A stretch of DNA of 64,000 bases. Origin: Eledone cirrhosa (Eukaryota). Position 1 is the stretch's first letter. Each line of letters opens with the position of its first letter. The notes beneath the pieces are model-generated. The model saw only the letters and a program-made list of their open reading frames with translations. It had not been told where the DNA came from and ran no database searches. A program made the translations under genes and the position numbers. The stretch is taken from assembly GCA_964016885.1 (NCBI GenBank), contig OZ024746.1, positions 27,094,001-27,158,000 on the forward strand. The letters are read 5' to 3'. Of this stretch, positions 58,554-64,000 are shown in pieces.

Positions 58554-58657
58554 CATATATATATGTGTGTGTATATAAATATATATATATTAAGGGTGAA
58601 AGCAGCGATTCTTTGCTTAAATTTTAATATGTTATTTTAATATATATAAATGTGTGT

Positions 58658-58877
58658 GAAGGCGTGTGGCTGAGTGGTTAGAGAATTGGCTTCGCAATCG
58701 TAAGGTTGTGAGTTCGATTCCTGGACCAGGCGATTCGTTATGTCCTTGAGCAAGACACTTTATTTCACGTTGTCCCTTCTACCTGGAGTTGCGACCGATA
58801 GATAGTATTAGCAATTGGAAAGACCAACGGAAACATTGTTCCCTCGGTCCGATTTGACGAAAGTCGATCGTTCCTTT
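58658..58877 (+). mobile_element. tRNA-derived SINE, second family
   Basis: Near-identical to 27502-27705 with about 18 extra internal bp. Confidence 0.85.
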
Positions 58878-59031
58878 TATATATATATATATATATATAT
58901 ATCGTGATAGCTTGGCTGGATATATTTAATTGGCGGTAGCACTAAGACAGTGTTTAACCAGCCCGCTGTATATGCGAATGATCACCACGGAAAAAGTTAT
59001 ATAGACCGTTGTATATTTCATGCTAGCACGG

Positions 59032-59096
59032 TTTGAGAGACTGTCACTGAAGAACGATTAACAAATCTTGAAACAGTGCTGTATGATATTCTCAAA
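59032..59096 (+). ncRNA. Type I hammerhead ribozyme inside a TA-flanked element (about 58903-59270)
   Basis: tttgagagactgtca|CTGAAGA(59047-59053)|ac-gatt-aaca-aatc-tt|GAAAC-AGTGCT-GTA(59070-59083)|tgatattctcaaa; extended stem I. Confidence 0.78.
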
Positions 59097-59525
59097 ATGT
59101 ACTGTGGAAAATAGAAAAAAGTAAAATATTTTTCGTGAGGAACAAATATATTTCTTCGGCAGTGAGGCCACCCATATTTTAATTGCATATAAACATATTA
59201 TATATGATTATATATGTTTTCATATACACCTCTCTTATGATTGAAGGCTGCTTTATGGCTACCACTAATTATATATATATGGGATAACAAATTATCGTTA
59301 TAGGTAATCCAGTTAGAGGTTGTGAGTACTCCGTATTGTGGATAGTTTTAATGTACGGCGTTGTTTGACTCAACAAGAGGTTTCCTTAGTTAGGTGGCGA
59401 GTTCCTGGGAATTCCTATGCAGGTTAATCTTGGAGTAATAATAGTGAAAGAGTAAAGAATAAAATGGTCAACAGTACAAAAATAAAACCCTTTTTGTACT
59501 GTTGACCATGTTATTCTTCACTCTT

Positions 59526-59726
<201 letters not shown>

Positions 59727-59824
59727 CTACCTACCTAATACCACCTACATAATTCTTACATGCGTACACACATCTATGTATCTATCTATCTATCTCTCTA
59801 TCTCTCTCTCTATATATATACACA

Positions 59825-59855
<31 letters not shown>

Positions 59856-60134
59856 CCATATGGCTGGACATAAATCATGGCGTCGGTTTATAAGTTTATT
59901 ATACCTGTCAAAAGGAACAAATATGTCAGCAATAACTGATAATTTACTCTTGATATTGATGGAAAGTGAAAGTAGGCCATTTTCTTAATTTATCAACTGA
60001 ATAAATGATGGAAACTCATGATAACATGAACAATGTTAAGATAATAGCTTTCCGTTAATATTATAGATGACTGTAGAGTACAGTACACGTACAATTTGTG
60101 TGTATATATATATTTCTCCCCCTCTCTCTTCCTA

Positions 60135-60344
60135 TACACACACACACACATACACACATACACACACACACATATATATATATATATATGCATATAAATA
60201 TTATATATATATTACGATATATATATCTATATGAGTATGTAGGTGTATGTATATGTGTATGTATGTATGTGTGTATGTATACAGTAATGTCAGGCTTGAT
60301 ACAAAGAGCAATACACACACACACACATACACACACACACACAG

Positions 60345-60377
<33 letters not shown>

Positions 60378-60510
60378 AATATTATATATATATTACGATA
60401 TATATATCTATATGAGTATGTACGTGTATGTATATGTGTATGTATGTATGTATGTGTGTATGTATACAGTAATGTCAGGCTTGATACAAAGAGCAATACA
60501 CACACACACA

Positions 60511-60572
<62 letters not shown>

Positions 60573-60729
60573 CATATAAATATTATATATATATTACGAT
60601 ATATATATCTATATGAGTATGTACGTGTATGTATATGTGTATGTATGTATGTGTGTATGTATACAGTAATGTCAGGCTTGATACAAAGAGCAATACACAC
60701 ATACACACACACACACACATACTCACAGG

Positions 60730-60763
<34 letters not shown>

Positions 60764-61079
60764 AATATTATATATATATTACGATATATATATCTATATG
60801 AGTATGTACGTGTATGTATATGTGTATGTATGTATGTATGTGTGTATGTATACAGTAATGTCAGGCTTGATACAAAGCGCAATACACACACACACACATA
60901 CACACACACACACTGACACACACACACACATATATATATATACATATAAATATTATATATATATTACGATATATATATCTATATGAGTATGTACGTGTAT
61001 GTATATGTGTATGTATGTATGTGTGTATGTATACAGTAATGTCAGGCTTGATACAAAGAGCAATACACACTCACACACA

Positions 61080-61145
<66 letters not shown>
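60135..61145. repeat. Five tandem copies of a 180-200 bp unit built from microsatellites
   Basis: cagtaatgtcaggcttgatacaaag at about 60282, 60467, 60664, 60853, 61034. Confidence 0.92.
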
Positions 61146-61169
<24 letters not shown>

Positions 61170-61633
61170 GGGAGAGAGAGAGATTGAGAGAAAAACGTAT
61201 ATAAACAAGATTTCATATAATGATAAAGGCGGTTGAATAGACCAGAGTGAAATTAAATGTATAAATAAAATATCCAACCATATTTGTTTTGGAAGCTAAC
61301 AATAACAACACCAGCACCAGCACCAGCACCAGCACCAGCACCAGCACCACCACCACCACCACCACCTACAACAACAACAATAACAAAAGAAGAGTTAAAC
61401 CTGCCAAGATCTGATTGTGTGATTGTAAACATTAGAACCAGGAAAACAAATTGTTTAAATCGCTCTGCATTCTTAATCTTGGAATAAAATACATTTTTCT
61501 ACCATCAGAAATCTAGAATAGAGTGATATTGATATCCTCGGCACCATTCGTTTACTTTCCACACAACAAGCTCTCTCCCTCCCCCTCTCTCTCCCTCTCT
61601 CTCTCTCTCTCTATCTCTCTCTTTCTCTCTGTG

Positions 61634-61666
<33 letters not shown>

Positions 61667-61669
<3 letters not shown>

Positions 61670-61750
61670 TATTCCGGGTTCAATCGGGGGTAACCCCAGT
61701 AAGTAAGGTACTCAAAACAGTTCTAGTCCTGTAGTAGCCATTTCTATATT
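61667..61750. mobile_element. Collapsed copy of the 28572 element
   Basis: ccgggtt.a.tcgggg.taacc.cagtaagtaaggtactcaa joined directly to aacagttctagtcctgtag. Confidence 0.7.
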
Positions 61751-62924
61751 AGTCATTAAGCTAACAGAAGTCTGGTGAGCTTATGAGTCTGGCCCGATCG
61801 ATAGAAATCAAACCTTGAGCTGATCAATCACGAAACGCACGTCACACCTGAATAAACGTGATGAAAATTTGACACCGCGTCAATACTTATATATATATAT
61901 ATATATATATATATTTTTATGTGTACGTCATTGTATTACTATCTCGTTGCAATTGTAACCTCGAAATTTGCACGAAAATATACATCTTAAAATCTAAAAA
62001 ATGGTAATATTAATGCGTTGATGTATTGTTGTGTTGATATATATATATATATATATATACGGTGCTCCAGCATGGCCTGAGCCTGTCATCTGGAATACGT
62101 AATAGAATAAGAGAAGTATTTGACTCGTATTTTATAATTTTATTGACCCCTGCACTTAACTGATTCTATATTTTATCGACCCAGAAGGATGAAAGCAAAA
62201 TTGACATCGGTGGGCTTTGAACTTAAAAAGTAGGAAATAAATACCGTAAGGCATTTTCGTCCTGTGTTCTAACAGTTCTGCGAAACCATTTTCATAAATT
62301 GAAATACATTACATTTATTATAGAATTGTTATAGGATACGAAGAGTTATCGACCAGCTAGCGATTGTCTTTAGTACTTCTCCGTGAGTGCAATTCAATAT
62401 AGAAGAAACCAAATTATAAGTAGTACTGCTCCAGGTAACGTTTAAAAGAAAACAGAACAAAATCGAAAATAAATTAAAAACAAAAACATTAAACAAAAAC
62501 ATGGAGGTGGATGTTTTCTTACTGGACATTCTTTTCTTTATATTTATAATTTTATTTGTTATCATATTGAATCTATTTGCATCAAAGTATATTCAATGTT
62601 ATTGTATTTCATATTTTCCTTAAATAACATAATCACCTTTCGATCTTTTATGTAAAGAAAGAATATTGAATTTTCTTGAAATACAAGAAAAAAAAAAAGT
62701 ATTCCTTTTATAAGAAGTTATGAAATTGTTTGAAATCTATTTTGGAGGTTTGTTGTTTGTATATTTGTCAATAGGAAAAGCATCAAAAGAATATTAAAAG
62801 AATGTCTGTATGTATGACATTTGACATTTCTTTACTTTGGTGTTACATTGCTTTCTCAGCTGTCCAGAAATCATGAATGAATGCTTCCGTGATAACATTT
62901 CCAAACAGAACCAAATAGAAATCA

Positions 62925-63232
62925 ATTCTCTATTCTAAACATGTATTCTCTACTCTAATCATGTTCTTTATTTTAAACACATATTCTCTATTCTAAACAT
63001 GGATTCTCTACTCTAAACCTGTATTCCCTATTCTAAACATGCATTCTTTATCTTAAACATGCATTCTCTATTTTAAATATGTACTCTCTATTCTCAACAT
63101 GTATTCTCTATTTTAAACATGTATTCTATATTCTAAACATGTATTCTCTACCCTAACATGTATGCGTTATTCTGAACACGTAATTTTTTTTTTTAAACAC
63201 GTATTCTTTATTTTAAACATGTATTCTTTATT
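62925..63232. repeat. 20 bp minisatellite
   Basis: Unit tattctctattctaaacatg, about 15 copies. Confidence 0.9.
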
Positions 63233-64000
63233 AATAAAAAGATAAAGATTAATATTTAAAATAGATAAACTTCAATAGATGTATTACTACATTGAGTGTG
63301 ACAGAAGCAAGAACGTTTTATCTATTTCAAATATTCAGATATAATAAAGAGAAAAATAATTTAATGAAAGTTTATGAAAGAGAAAAAAAGAAGAAAAGCA
63401 AGAAATAGGGAGTGGGCAAGCTCTACACCAAAGTTGGACGGTGTATCTTAGCCACTACACCCTACAAGCAATATGGTGAAAATATTGTTGTAGAAAACAG
63501 CCAGTGATACCCACTTCATCTGCCATGCCACCCTATAGAGTAAATACTACACTCTTGGCTGGGCGGTATATCTCAGCTGCCCCCTACAGATAAAATGAGG
63601 AAAGCATTGCTCCAGAGAACTGTCAGTAATACCCATTGCATCAGCCATACCACCTCACAGGGCTCCTCCTTCCTTAGGTGGGATGCCCTCGTTCCGGTTT
63701 GGCGGAGAAAATGTGGCAGTCAGTGGTTCGAGGAAGACATGGAAGGTCTCATTAAATTTTACATCCTATTCACTGCACTTGCATTCGATTTACCCTATGA
63801 CCCAGCATTCCCTCTTCCTCTTCCTCTATATCTCCCATTGTGGGATGACACTACTGCTCGAAAACTACTCACATCTGACACCTAACGCGCATCATTGACT
63901 TTTCTAGCTTGCTGAGAACATAGCGAGCACCCAAGTATTGTAAATTGGTAGCGCCATGATAAAGAGCGGACGATACTTCGACAAATAGCGAAGCCTAGGC

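Noticed and set aside
59985-60030. Hammerhead-like ctgaata...ggaaactcatga (also minus-strand ctgacga near 23625)
   Set aside because: Core substitutions and no convincing stems.

Overview
AT-rich, repeat-dominated eukaryotic (metazoan) DNA. The SINE families and extreme microsatellite load suggest an octopus/coleoid cephalopod (inference). Most of the long ORFs in the supplied track are translated (TA)n/(CA)n/(TATG)n/(CAA)n microsatellites. No host gene can be called with confidence. Recognisable content: decayed or internally deleted retroelements (Tx1/L1-like, CR1-like, RTE-like, R4/Dong-like LINEs; a bipartite non-autonomous RTE; two tRNA-SINE families), a pogo/Tc2-type DDE transposase, a mini-Helitron, a hAT-like MITE and several minisatellites. 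The main finding is a set of short, ORF-less elements, mostly unrelated in sequence and mostly beside or within (TA)n tracts. Eight carry a hand-foldable type I hammerhead ribozyme (CUGANGA - stem II - GAAA - short stem III - NUH - stem I). Six elements are long near-perfect palindromes, four with the symmetry axis a few nt upstream of the ribozyme core. One has terminal direct repeats starting just after the cleavage site. Most share a downstream GAGT(A/G)CT box. This fits a diverse population of non-autonomous Penelope-like / retrozyme-like ribozyme retroelements that target TA microsatellites. All folds were done by eye and need computational and biochemical confirmation.
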